DNA from: Dehalococcoidia bacterium
Lineage (GTDB): Bacteria > Chloroflexota > Dehalococcoidia > Lucifugimonadales > UBA3495
Reading direction: 5' to 3'
NCBI GenBank assembly: GCA_965203435.1
Contig: CBDBCU010000005.1
Location: 202,977-266,976 of the forward strand
Length of the DNA: 64,000 nt
Shown here piece by piece: positions 52,678 to 61,471 of the stretch. The stretch's first letter is position 1. Each line of letters begins with the position of its first letter. Under the pieces are notes generated by a model. The model saw nothing but the letters and a program-made list of their open reading frames with translations, was not told where the DNA came from and did not search any database. The translations under genes and the position numbers were made by a program.

Positions 52678-53522
52678 TTCCCCTCCACTTTGACCGCAGC
52701 CACATCCGACCAATCCTGGAAAGGAATTTCCGCCCCGGCCGCTTGGGCCGGCCGTTTGTTCCCCAGCGCCTCGTGCGGCCGGAAATAATTGTAATGCAAG
52801 ACCAGGCCGTCCACATACGCTTGACCGGTATCCAGTTTTTTCAAGCCACGCAAGGTTTTGTCCCGGTCGCGGATTGTCCCCTGCAATCTTTCCGACAGGT
52901 TATTGTTGATTTCCGCTCGGATACCCTGGCTTACCGTATGCTTGACCACGCGGGTTGGGAAAGCCCGGGGCAAGGCCCGGCGGTAAGACGCCAAGCCATC
53001 CGTTTTGATTTCCTCAGGATGGGTTGCCGACCTTTCCCGCGCCAGGCTCAATGCCGTTGTCGCGGCCCGTAAGTTGCGCTCAGGGGAAAGATAGGCCGCC
53101 AGCAGGAAACGGCTTTCGCTGTCCATTACATTGAATAGCCAGTAATTCTGCCCGCCGACATTGACCACGATTTCATCCGCAACCCAGGTCTTGCCGGTGT
53201 TGACCGGTATAGGCCGCAGCACTTCATCCGCTTTCCCGGTCAATTCCCGCACCCAGTTATAGACGCTGGCCGTGTCGGTTTTGCGTCCGAAGTAAGTTTC
53301 CATATTGCCGGCCACCCGGCGATAGGAAAGGCCGTCAAAATACATATCAACGGCCGCCCCCTTTTCGTGCGGCGTAGCGTGGGGCCGCTTGCCCTCCGGC
53401 TTGACCGGCTTGCCATTAGCGTCAAGGATGGCAACCCGCGCCCGGCCGCTACCAGACCGGCAGGTATCGCAGCGTTCCCCCGTCCGCCGCTTGCAATGCG
53501 GCGATGTGCATTTGTGTCCCAT
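52674..53522 (-). CDS. IS6-family DDE transposase with N-terminal Cys-rich zinc-finger-like region
   Basis: ..WVADEIVVNVGGQNYWLFNVMD.., ..YLSPERN.., ..NNLSERLQGTIRDR.. are IS6-type D, D, E regions. ATG at 53522 is preferred; the tracked TTG at 53552 lies inside the terminal repeat. TTGAAT-17-TATCAT in the IS end could be its promoter. Confidence 0.8.
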   Translation of the reverse strand: MGHKCTSPHCKRRTGERCDTCRSGSGRARVAILDANGKPVKPEGKRPHATPHEKGAAVDMYFDGLSYRRVAGNMETYFGRKTDTASVYNWVRELTGKADEVLRPIPVNTGKTWVADEIVVNVGGQNYWLFNVMDSESRFLLAAYLSPERNLRAATTALSLARERSATHPEEIKTDGLASYRRALPRAFPTRVVKHTVSQGIRAEINNNLSERLQGTIRDRDKTLRGLKKLDTGQAYVDGLVLHYNYFRPHEALGNKRPAQAAGAEIPFQDWSDVAAVKVEGK

Positions 53523-53584
53523 ACCGAAGTATGATACACTTTCCCCCAGCAAAATTCAACAGAACCATGCGAAGTCATCCAGCC

Positions 53585-54070
53585 CTAACCCATCACCAGC
53601 CCTATAACCGCCCGTACCCCGTTCAGCAGAGCCGCCGCATACAGGCCGGCCGCCGCATCATCGGCCATTATGCCCCAGCCGCCGGGCAGGTTTTCCAGCC
53701 GCCGGGCCGGCCAGGGTTTTACGATGTCAAAGAGCCGAAACAGGATAAAGGCGGCCAGCAGCCAGTACCAAATCGGCGGCAGCAGCAGGCAAGCAATCCA
53801 CATCCCGACGAACTCATCCCACACCGCCCGGCCCGGGTCATGGTCGGCGGCGGTGCTGAGCAAGCCGGTGGCCCATACCCCCAGGGGAAAGCCGACCACT
53901 ATCAATCCCAACAGCAACCCCTGCCGGGCCGCCGGATTGTCCGGCGGGATAAGCAGCGTCAGCAGCCAGTAAATAACTACGGCGGCCAGGCTGCCCGCCG
54001 TGCCGGGGGCCATCGGCGACAACCCGCTGCCCAAGCCGAGGCCAATAACCCGCCCCGCCGCGTTCAACAT
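53585..54070 (-). CDS. pgpA: Phosphatidylglycerophosphatase A
   Basis: Start trimmed to MLNAAGRVIGLGLGSGLSPMAPGTAGSL (54070). ..RLFDIVKPWPARRLE.. Confidence 0.85.
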   Translation of the reverse strand: MLNAAGRVIGLGLGSGLSPMAPGTAGSLAAVVIYWLLTLLIPPDNPAARQGLLLGLIVVGFPLGVWATGLLSTAADHDPGRAVWDEFVGMWIACLLLPPIWYWLLAAFILFRLFDIVKPWPARRLENLPGGWGIMADDAAAGLYAAALLNGVRAVIGLVMG

Positions 54071-54088
54071 CCGCTTTGTTCCTTTATT

Positions 54089-54204
54089 TACATGGATGGA
54101 CAGGATAGACAGGATTTGGTTGTCTGCTAATCCGGGTTCTATCGGCAAAGAAAGAGTCCTACAGAGCAGATACAAAAATCCTGTCTATCCTGTCTATCCA
54201 TGTT
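54089..54204. mobile_element. MITE-like element, family A (subfamily with ..TTGTCTGCTAATC..TCTATCGGCAA.. core)
   Basis: TACATGGATGGACAGGATAGACAGGAT ... ATCCTGTCTATCCTGTCTATCCATGTT. Confidence 0.7.
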
Positions 54205-54208
54205 AATT

Positions 54209-54580
54209 TCAGCCGTAGCCGAGGCGGTGCAGGTCGTCCTCGTCCAGGCCCAGGTAGTGGCCTACTTCGTGCCACAGGGTAATGCGGATTTCCCGGGCTA
54301 CGGCGGCGCGGGTGGGGCAGCTTTGCAGGATGGGCTGGCGGTAAAGAGTAATGCGGTCGGGCAGGATGGGGTCGCCGCCCACCCGGTCGGTCAACGGGAC
54401 GCCGTGATAGAGGCCGAACAAAGTTCCGCCCTCCTCGGCCAGCAAATCCTGTTCCGCCGGGCCGGGCCATTCCTCGACCACCACATCCACATTTTCCAAC
54501 GCCCGGGCCACGGCCGGCGGCAACTGCCGGTACGCCCAGCGCGCCAGCTGCACAAACTCCGCCCGCGTCAGTTCCACCAT
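54209..54580 (-). CDS. Zincin-like metallopeptidase family protein (HExxH)
   Basis: Start trimmed to MVELTRAEF (54580). C-terminal ..ITLWHEVGHYLGLDEDDL.. motif. Confidence 0.7.
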   Translation of the reverse strand: MVELTRAEFVQLARWAYRQLPPAVARALENVDVVVEEWPGPAEQDLLAEEGGTLFGLYHGVPLTDRVGGDPILPDRITLYRQPILQSCPTRAAVAREIRITLWHEVGHYLGLDEDDLHRLGYG

Positions 54581-54600
54581 TGCGCCCTTTCCGGATTCAA

Positions 54601-54726
54601 CGGATTCAAACATGGATAGACAGGATTAACAGGATTTTGGATTGTCTGCTAATCAGGGTTCTATCGGCAAGGAAAGAATCTGACAAAGCAGATACAAATA
54701 TCCTGTCTATCCGGTCTATCCATGTT
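54601..54726. mobile_element. MITE-like element, family A (same subfamily as 54089)
   Basis: CGGATTCAAACATGGATAGACAGGATTAACAGGAT ... ATCCTGTCTATCCGGTCTATCCATGTT. The nfo stop codon lies in its right end. Confidence 0.7.
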
Positions 54727-55579
54727 AATAACACCCCACCTGTTGGCGGAGGGTTTTCAGGATTTCTATGTTGCGGGCGTCGGGGCCGTTGCCGTCAAAG
54801 CCGGGGACTTCCAGAAAGAACGGGACTTCCCGAAAGGCCGGATGCGCCATTATGCCGGCAAAACCCGCCTCGCCGATATGCCCTTCGCCAATGTTGTCGT
54901 GGCGGTCGACTCCGGAGCCGCAGAGCTGCTTGGAATCGTTGGCGTGAACCGCCGCCAGCTGTTCCGCGCCAATCGCCGCCGCAAACTGGTCAATCATCCC
55001 GGCCACGCCCTCCGGAGTGGTCAAATCGTAGCCGGCGGCGAAACTGTGCTGGGTGTCCAGGCAAATCCGCAGGCGGGGATTATCCACCGCCCGCAGCAGG
55101 CCGCCCAATTCCTCAAAGCGGGCGCCGATATGCTGCCCCATCCCGGCCATATTTTCCAGGCACAGATACGGCCCCTCCGGGCTGTCGTCCAGCACCCGGT
55201 TGATGGCGGCGACGACCTGGTTAAAGACGGCGTCAAAGCCCTGCCCTTTGTGGCTGCCGGGATGAAAAACCACCCCGTCGGCGTCCAGGGCGGCGGCCAG
55301 GCGCATATAGTTGGTCAGGGACTGGACGCCCTTTTGCACCAATTCCGCCTTGGGACTGCCCAGGTTAATCAGATAAATGGCGTGGAAAAAGACCGCGCCC
55401 ATGCCGGTTTCGGCCCGCCGCTCCTTGAAAGCGGCGATTTCCCCCTCCGACGGCATCTTGAAAGCCCAGCCGCGGGCCGAGGAGCCAAACAGCTGAATGG
55501 CCTCGCAGCCAATTTCCAAGCCGCGGTCAATGGCCTTGCTTACCCCCCCGGCCGACGATACATGAGCGCCAATCTGCAT
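54725..55579 (-). CDS. nfo: Endonuclease IV (AP endonuclease family 2)
   Basis: MQIGAHVSSAGG..AIQLF..., ..LCLENMAG.., ..ICLDTQHSFAAGYD.., ..HANDSK.. Confidence 0.9.
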   Translation of the reverse strand: MQIGAHVSSAGGVSKAIDRGLEIGCEAIQLFGSSARGWAFKMPSEGEIAAFKERRAETGMGAVFFHAIYLINLGSPKAELVQKGVQSLTNYMRLAAALDADGVVFHPGSHKGQGFDAVFNQVVAAINRVLDDSPEGPYLCLENMAGMGQHIGARFEELGGLLRAVDNPRLRICLDTQHSFAAGYDLTTPEGVAGMIDQFAAAIGAEQLAAVHANDSKQLCGSGVDRHDNIGEGHIGEAGFAGIMAHPAFREVPFFLEVPGFDGNGPDARNIEILKTLRQQVGCY

Positions 55580-55689
55580 AATCCCCCCTTTTGATTAGGG
55601 CGTTGTTCCCCCGGTTTATCGCCGCCCGATATAATCCGGTTTCCCTACCGTCATTCCCGCCCCCTTACCGTCCTTCCTGCCGCCCCCTA

Positions 55690-55789
55690 CCGTCATTCCC
55701 GCGTAAGCGGGAATCCCGCGGTTGCTTGACAAGGGTGCGGCATCCTGAGGAAGTACCGTTCGGGATTCCCGCTTACGCGGGAATGACGG
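55690..55789. repeat. Interspersed repeat family B
   Basis: Inverted CCGTCATTCCCGCGTAAGCGGGAATCCCG ends, between nfo and secF. Confidence 0.8.
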
Positions 55790-55816
55790 TAAGGGGTGCT
55801 GCGAACCCTCCCGGCA

Positions 55817-56782
55817 TTAAGCCGCCGCGGCGGCCCGGCGGCGACGCCACCAGAGCAGGCGGCCGAACTCTCCCCGTTCCCAGATGACGATGAACTGGCT
55901 GGCAATGAATATGGAACTGTAAGTTCCCACAATCACGCCGATGGCTACTACCAGCAGCAACTCCCGAATGCTGGCCCCGCCAATCAGCAGCATCGCCAGC
56001 AGCACCGTAAAGGTGGTAAAACTGGTGTTGATGGAGCGGCCGACCGTCTCCACAATGCTCAGGTTGACCACCGAATCCAGCGGCCGGTCCGGATAGCGGA
56101 TGACATTCTCCCGGATGCGGTCAAAGATGACGATAGTGTCGTTGACGCTGTAGCCGGCCACGGTCAAGATGCCCACGATGAACATGGAATTGACTTCCAT
56201 CCCCAGGAAACGGCCCAGCAGGGAAAAGACGCCCAGCACCAGCAGGGTGTCGTGGATCAGGGTAAGGATGGCGCTGATGCCGTAGCGGTAAGCCCGCGGC
56301 ACCCGCCGAAAGGCGTACCAGATGTAAAGCAGGATGAATACCGAGGCGGCGGCCAAAGCAATGACGGCGTTCCGCACCGTTTCCTGGGCCACGATGGGCG
56401 AGGTGGAGTCAAAATTAGCCGCCACCACCGGGGCCACCGTGCGGGTCAGGTCGTCCTCAATCTGCTGCCGTTCCGAGCGGCCGCCGCCCAGATCCTCGGC
56501 CAGCACTTTGGTGCGGACCAGCAGGCTGCGGCTGCCGGTGCGCTGCACCAGGGCCTCCGGATGGCCCAGGGCGGCCATCCGTTCCTGCACCTGGGTCTGG
56601 TCCACCGACCGGTCAAAGGTGATGTCCAGGACGGAGCCGCTGGTAAAGTCGATGCCCGGGCGCAGGCCGGAGCCGCCGACTACCCAGCCGCCGGGGGGGG
56701 CCAGCAGGGACAGCAGGCCCGGCAAAATCAGCAGGGCGGAAAAGAGAAAGTACCAGCCCCGTTTGGCTACGATGTCGTACAT
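55817..56782 (-). CDS. secF: Protein translocase subunit SecF
   Basis: 321 aa with typical SecF blocks (..GIDFTSGS.., ..SINTSFTT..), downstream of secD. Confidence 0.9.
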   Translation of the reverse strand: MYDIVAKRGWYFLFSALLILPGLLSLLAPPGGWVVGGSGLRPGIDFTSGSVLDITFDRSVDQTQVQERMAALGHPEALVQRTGSRSLLVRTKVLAEDLGGGRSERQQIEDDLTRTVAPVVAANFDSTSPIVAQETVRNAVIALAAASVFILLYIWYAFRRVPRAYRYGISAILTLIHDTLLVLGVFSLLGRFLGMEVNSMFIVGILTVAGYSVNDTIVIFDRIRENVIRYPDRPLDSVVNLSIVETVGRSINTSFTTFTVLLAMLLIGGASIRELLLVVAIGVIVGTYSSIFIASQFIVIWERGEFGRLLWWRRRRAAAAA

Positions 56783-56790
56783 TGTTGCAG

Positions 56791-58920
56791 CTACCTCCCC
56801 TCGGCCCGGCGGGCGCGGCCGGGACTGGCCGCCGCGGCGCGGTTATCCTCGTTAGGCCGCGGCGGTTTCTCCGGCGTGAACAGGAATATGCGGCGGCCCA
56901 AGCCCAGCCAGGCGGACAGCTGCAACAGATTGCGGCTGACCACGATGGCGGTGAACATACTGGCCGCCACGCCGATAAACAGGGTAAAGGCAAAACCGGT
57001 TACCAGGTCATCGGCGGTGCGGCTGCCCAGCCACAGCAGCACCAGACAGGTTATCAGCGTGGAAAAGTTGCCATCCCGAATGGCCGGCCAAGCCCGCCCA
57101 AAGCCCACTTCCATCGAGGAGGACAAGGTGCGCCCAATGCGGATTTCCTCTTTCATCCGCTCGAAAATCAGGATGTTGGCATCTACCGCCAAGCCGATGG
57201 ACAGGATGAAAGCGCCAATGCCGGACAAGCCCAGAGTCACCGGCACCAGCTTGAATACCGCCAGCACAATGACGGTGTAGAAAATCAGGGCCAGGGCCGC
57301 CACAATGCCGGCCGCCCGGTAGTAGGCCACCATAAAGACCAGCACCAGGCCCAAGCCGATAATGCCGGCCATCAGGCTGCGTTCCAGCGAGGCCGAACCC
57401 AGCAGGGCATCCACATCGCTTTGCTGAATCAGGCGCAGCGGCACCGGCAGGCTGCCCGATTGCAGTTGAATGGCTAGAGTGCTGGCCTCCTCCCGGCTGA
57501 AATTGCCGGTGATGGAACTGCGCCCATCCCGAATCCAGGCCAGGGAAACCGGGGCAATCAGCAGTTCCTCATCCAGAAAGACGGCAATGCGCTTGGTTTG
57601 TACGCCGACGATGCGCTGGGTCAAATCGCCGAAAATTTCCGAGCCCCGTTGGTTAAAGCTAATGTTGACTTCCCATTCCCCGGTATTGGGGTCGGTAGTG
57701 GGGAAGGCATCGTCCAGGTCGTCCCCGGTCAAGCCCAGGTCGGCATCGGTAAAGGTGGCGCAGGTAAGGTCGGAACAGGTGCGTTCCTTGAACACCAGTT
57801 GCGCTGTCTGCCCAATCAGGGCTTTGGCCGCCTCGATGCCGCCGGTCGTGGCAAAGGCGTTGACCGCGCCCACGCCGCCGGCCAGGGCGTCTTGCAGTTC
57901 CTGCTGCTGCTGCACATTGATGGAAACGGTGCGGATTTCATAACGCCGCTCGCTGTTATCCAGCGGCGTCACGGTAAAATCGGCAAACCCCTGGCCTCGT
58001 ACCACGCCCTCCACTTCCGGGATGCCGGTGGGATCGCTGAACTCTACCGCGCTGATGGAGCCGCTGGCTCCCGGCAGCTGGACGATAACCCGGTCGTCGC
58101 CGAACAGCTGAATAATCGGCTCCTCCGTGCCGAACTGATTGACCCGGCGACTGATGATGTCCAGCACCCCGGCCATCTGGTCGGCGGTAGGATCCAGGAT
58201 TTCGTTCAGTTCGTAGCTGACGATCGTGTTGACCGGCGTATGCGTCACTACCTCCAGCTCGGTTACTTCGCCGTCCTCCTCAGCCACGGCGGCGGCCAGG
58301 GCATCGCGCAGCTGTTCCTGTAGGGCATCCTCCAGCGGCGTGTCGGTAGCCAGGCGGACGCGGTTGACTTCCCCTTCCCGATTCCACAGGGATACTACCC
58401 GGTTTTCCAGTTCCAGGGGGTCGGCGGCGGCGGAAACAATGGATACCAGGTCGGGCTTTTGCACCGGCTCCGGGAACAGGAATTGCACCAGGGCGGCGTT
58501 ATCGGCCGGCAGCTGCATCCCGGTAGCGGCGGCCGCCAATTCCGCATTGATCGCCGGCTGCAAACCCTCTTTAACCGCATCCGGCAGCAGGCCGGCGGCA
58601 ATCAGATAAGAGCGGTCATCCTGGGCGGTAACGGTGTAGTCGGTTACGGCCAGGGAATCCAGGGCCGCCTCGATCCGGGCGGCGTCCTCCGGTTCGGCAA
58701 AGGCCAGGTTAAGGCGGGAGCCGGTGTCGGCTTCGTAGAGCAGCTGGCCGCCGCCGCTCAGATCCAGGCCCAGGCGCAGCCCCAGCGGCCCGTCGCCGCC
58801 GCGTACCAGGGCGGGAAAGCCGGGCAGGTTGATGTTGATGCTGGGGAAAGCCAGGGCGACCCCGGAAAGGGCCAGGATGAACAGGATGACTAGGGATAGC
58901 CGGATGCTGCGCCCGCGCAT
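56791..58920 (-). CDS. secD: Protein translocase subunit SecD (long periplasmic domain)
   Basis: 709 aa. ..LGLDLSGGGQLLYEA.., and a C-terminal TM bundle with ..GIGAFILSIGLAVDANILIFERMKEE.. Confidence 0.9.
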   Translation of the reverse strand: MRGRSIRLSLVILFILALSGVALAFPSININLPGFPALVRGGDGPLGLRLGLDLSGGGQLLYEADTGSRLNLAFAEPEDAARIEAALDSLAVTDYTVTAQDDRSYLIAAGLLPDAVKEGLQPAINAELAAAATGMQLPADNAALVQFLFPEPVQKPDLVSIVSAAADPLELENRVVSLWNREGEVNRVRLATDTPLEDALQEQLRDALAAAVAEEDGEVTELEVVTHTPVNTIVSYELNEILDPTADQMAGVLDIISRRVNQFGTEEPIIQLFGDDRVIVQLPGASGSISAVEFSDPTGIPEVEGVVRGQGFADFTVTPLDNSERRYEIRTVSINVQQQQELQDALAGGVGAVNAFATTGGIEAAKALIGQTAQLVFKERTCSDLTCATFTDADLGLTGDDLDDAFPTTDPNTGEWEVNISFNQRGSEIFGDLTQRIVGVQTKRIAVFLDEELLIAPVSLAWIRDGRSSITGNFSREEASTLAIQLQSGSLPVPLRLIQQSDVDALLGSASLERSLMAGIIGLGLVLVFMVAYYRAAGIVAALALIFYTVIVLAVFKLVPVTLGLSGIGAFILSIGLAVDANILIFERMKEEIRIGRTLSSSMEVGFGRAWPAIRDGNFSTLITCLVLLWLGSRTADDLVTGFAFTLFIGVAASMFTAIVVSRNLLQLSAWLGLGRRIFLFTPEKPPRPNEDNRAAAASPGRARRAEGR

Positions 58921-58973
58921 TTAAGTTAAGTTCTCCTTTGTATTAAGGCCGCTGTATTAAGGCCGGCCGGGTT

Positions 58974-59036
58974 TCAGCGCGGCCGTTCCGCAATAACTAC
59001 CGGCCCGCCGTCCCAAGCGTCCACCGTAAGGCGGCA
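58974..59036 (-). pseudogene. 3'-terminal remnant of a DTGF protease gene
   Basis: About 63 nt match 59514..59576, the stop-proximal end of the intact protease gene, with 2 visible substitutions. Two family D repeats (59041..59130) replace the rest of the gene. Confidence 0.7.
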
Positions 59037-59112
59037 GTCCTGCAACAAGTTCAGGATGAGCGGAAAAGGCCATCCCCGGCCGCCCGCCATAAGGCGGCAT
59101 CCTGCAACAAGT

Positions 59113-59427
59113 TCAGGATGAGCGGAAAAGGCTAGGCCCGGCCGCTAATCCCGGCCGTACCGGTTGCGCCCGGCGGGCCGGCACTGAGTACGCCCGCCCC
59201 ATAAAATAGGGCGCGCGGCAACCTACCCGTTCCCCCCAGGTCAGGGCGGCCGGCCGCCGCTCAAAGAGGCGCAAAGTAGCGGTCAAATCATCATCGGCAA
59301 TTTCGTAATCGCCGCTGGTCACATCGATGACCACCATCTTGCCCCAATGTTCAGCCTCCAGCTGGGGGCGGAGCCGGGCGTACATCCCTTTCCCGAGGGG
59401 GGCAATATCGGCTTTAGCCACGGCCAT
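59113..59427 (-). CDS. Single-domain partner protein of the (decayed) DTGF protease module
   Basis: Start at MAVAKADIAPLGKGMYARLRPQLEAEHWGKMVVIDVTSGDYEIADDD (59427) behind GGAGG. The C-terminal end diverges and runs into a family D repeat. Confidence 0.6.
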   Translation of the reverse strand: MAVAKADIAPLGKGMYARLRPQLEAEHWGKMVVIDVTSGDYEIADDDLTATLRLFERRPAALTWGERVGCRAPYFMGRAYSVPARRAQPVRPGLAAGPSLFRSS

Positions 59428-59513
59428 TTTACACCTCCCGGGCCTTATAAGCCCTGGGCCGACCGGTATTATACTATACACCGTTAGCGGGATTGGGTTA
59501 AGGGCCGCCGGAT

Positions 59514-59912
59514 TCAGCGCGGCCTTTCCGCAATAACTACCGGCCCGCCGTCCCAAGCGTCCACCGTAAGGCGGCAACCGGACAGCAGGGCCATGCCAAT
59601 CAGGGGACTGCCCTCAGACTGGATAGCCGTCGTCCACCGCAGGACGTCGTGCCACGCCAGCAAGACCCGATACAGATACGACCGGCGGGCCTCGTTATTA
59701 GCCATGACGGTGAGCCGTCGACCGTGACTGACCAAGCCCAAGTCCTGAATGATGGCGGTAGGCAGAGTCAACCATCCGGTAAAGCCGGTGTCCACATCGG
59801 CTGCGACGGTTCGAAAAACCCGGTCGGGGCCGGCGATTGCGATGGGAATGCGGGCCACCAGATAATCCCGTTCCTCGTCCCGCTCCACCGCGACTACTTG
59901 GCCGCTAATCAC
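59514..59912 (-). CDS. Clan AA retropepsin-like aspartic protease, DTGF type
   Basis: ..VAADVDTGFTGWLTLP.. The GTG start overlaps the partner stop by 8 nt (GGTGATTAG). Confidence 0.8.
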   Translation of the reverse strand: MISGQVVAVERDEERDYLVARIPIAIAGPDRVFRTVAADVDTGFTGWLTLPTAIIQDLGLVSHGRRLTVMANNEARRSYLYRVLLAWHDVLRWTTAIQSEGSPLIGMALLSGCRLTVDAWDGGPVVIAERPR

Positions 59913-60531
59913 CAGAGTCCCCGTTGGGGCGGCCGGGCAGGATTTGCGGCCGCATTTGCATATAGTACGCCGCCGGGTAGCCTACCCGTTCCCCCCAAGT
60001 TACCGCCTCCGGCCGCCGTGCATACAGCCGTCGGGTAGTGCTACAGTCGCCATCGCCGATTTCGTAATCGCCGCTGTTCACATCGATGACCACCATTTTA
60101 CCCCAATGCTCGGCTTCCAACTGGGGGCGGAGTTCCTCGTACCGGGCTTTCCCGATCCGCGAGATGTCGTCCTCCTCCTCCTCGGCCCAAAACAAAGCCT
60201 TGCCGTCTTGGCCCCCCTTGCTGTCGCCGGTTTCCGCCGGCAGCAGTTTCCGGAGATCCGTGCCGGGGCCGAGCGGCAGGATGTTGGGCCGCCAGGAAAA
60301 AAAGTACGCCGCCGGGTAGCCTACCCGTTCCCCCCAGGTCATCGCCTCCGGCCGCCGCTCCAACAGACGCATCGAGGCCGTCAAGTCGTCGGAGCCGATT
60401 TCGTAATCGCCGCTGTGGACGTCGATGACCACCATTTTGCCCCAGTGTTCCGCCTCCATTTCGGCGCGGATTTCCGCATACCGGGCTTTCCCGACCCGCT
60501 CGATGTAGTCGCCATCCTCGCCGCAAGCCAT
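59905..60531 (-). CDS. Two-domain partner protein of the DTGF protease
   Basis: ATG behind AAGGAGG. Two copies of ..ARY.E.R...EAEHWGKMVVIDV.SGDYEIG..D........RRPEA.TWGERVGYPAAY.. are joined by an acidic linker. Confidence 0.75.
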   Translation of the reverse strand: MACGEDGDYIERVGKARYAEIRAEMEAEHWGKMVVIDVHSGDYEIGSDDLTASMRLLERRPEAMTWGERVGYPAAYFFSWRPNILPLGPGTDLRKLLPAETGDSKGGQDGKALFWAEEEEDDISRIGKARYEELRPQLEAEHWGKMVVIDVNSGDYEIGDGDCSTTRRLYARRPEAVTWGERVGYPAAYYMQMRPQILPGRPNGDSGD

Positions 60532-60899
60532 CGCCCTGCCTCCTTAATGCGCTTTGCCCGGCCCCGCATTATACACCCTTAACGGCCGCCCTGCCGCTAA
60601 CGGCAATTGCCAATAAGGATGATTTTAACCGTTATTATTGTAACACTTCCGACGCCGATTCGGGAAAGGGATGGCAATAGCCTTTTAACCGGATAAATTT
60701 TCGGCCAGCAATCGCCCGCCCCACCGGCTCTTTTCCCTTGGGCCGGGCAGCCGATTTTAAGGCTTGTTTCCCGGCGCCGCAAGTTCCCGGGTCTTTGCCC
60801 TCTACCCTTTGCCCTTTCCCCCGGTTTGGGCTATAATTTGCCGGCGCGATTGTGCAATGCAATCAAAATGCGATTGAAACTGCCGGGAGGTAGCCCAAC

Positions 60900-61460
60900 T
60901 TGGCCCTGCTCACTATGCGCCGCGTTCCCGACCCCATCCTGCGGGAACAGGCCCGCCGCATCGCCCAAATCCCGCCCCAGCTGGCCCGCTACGCCGCCGA
61001 TATGGTGGAAACCATGCACGCCGAACACGGGGTCGGCTTGGCCGCCAATCAGGTCGGCGGCCGCCAGAAAATCGCCGTCATCCAACTGCCCGATTGGGAC
61101 GAGGCCCTGGTGCTGATTAACCCGGAAATCATCCGCCGGGAGGGGGAACGGGAAGTCGAGGAGGGCTGCCTCAGCCTGCCCGGCTATCGCGGCACGGTCA
61201 AACGGGCGGAACGGGTGCGCGCCCGGGCCCGGGACTTGAACGGCAAGCTTATCCGCATTAAAGCCGAGGGGCTGCTGGCCCAAGCCTTGGAACACGAAAC
61301 CGACCACCTGAACGGCATCCTTTACATTGACCATCTGGTTTCCAGGGATAGCCTGTATAAGATAACCTACGAACCGGCCGATCCGGAAAATGGGGATGAG
61401 GATGCTCAATCCGCTCAAGAGGAACCGGTAGCGGACACCGCCGGGAACAGTCGTAGTTAG
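60900..61460 (+). CDS. def: Peptide deformylase
   Basis: ..GVGLAANQVG.., EGCLSLPG, HETDHLNG. TTG start behind GGGAGG. A TATAAT box lies at about 60832. Confidence 0.9.
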   Translation: MALLTMRRVPDPILREQARRIAQIPPQLARYAADMVETMHAEHGVGLAANQVGGRQKIAVIQLPDWDEALVLINPEIIRREGEREVEEGCLSLPGYRGTVKRAERVRARARDLNGKLIRIKAEGLLAQALEHETDHLNGILYIDHLVSRDSLYKITYEPADPENGDEDAQSAQEEPVADTAGNSRS

Positions 61461-61471
61461 GAGCGGCCGCC

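Larger units (their letters stand above)
51831..53566. mobile_element. IS6-family insertion sequence (1736 bp) carrying a DNA methyltransferase passenger gene
   Basis: 29-bp terminal inverted repeats GGTTCTGTTGAATTTTGCTGGGGGAAAGT; compare IS26 GGCACTGTTGCAAA. The 8-bp target duplication ATGCGAAG lies at 51823-51830 and 53567-53574. Confidence 0.85.
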
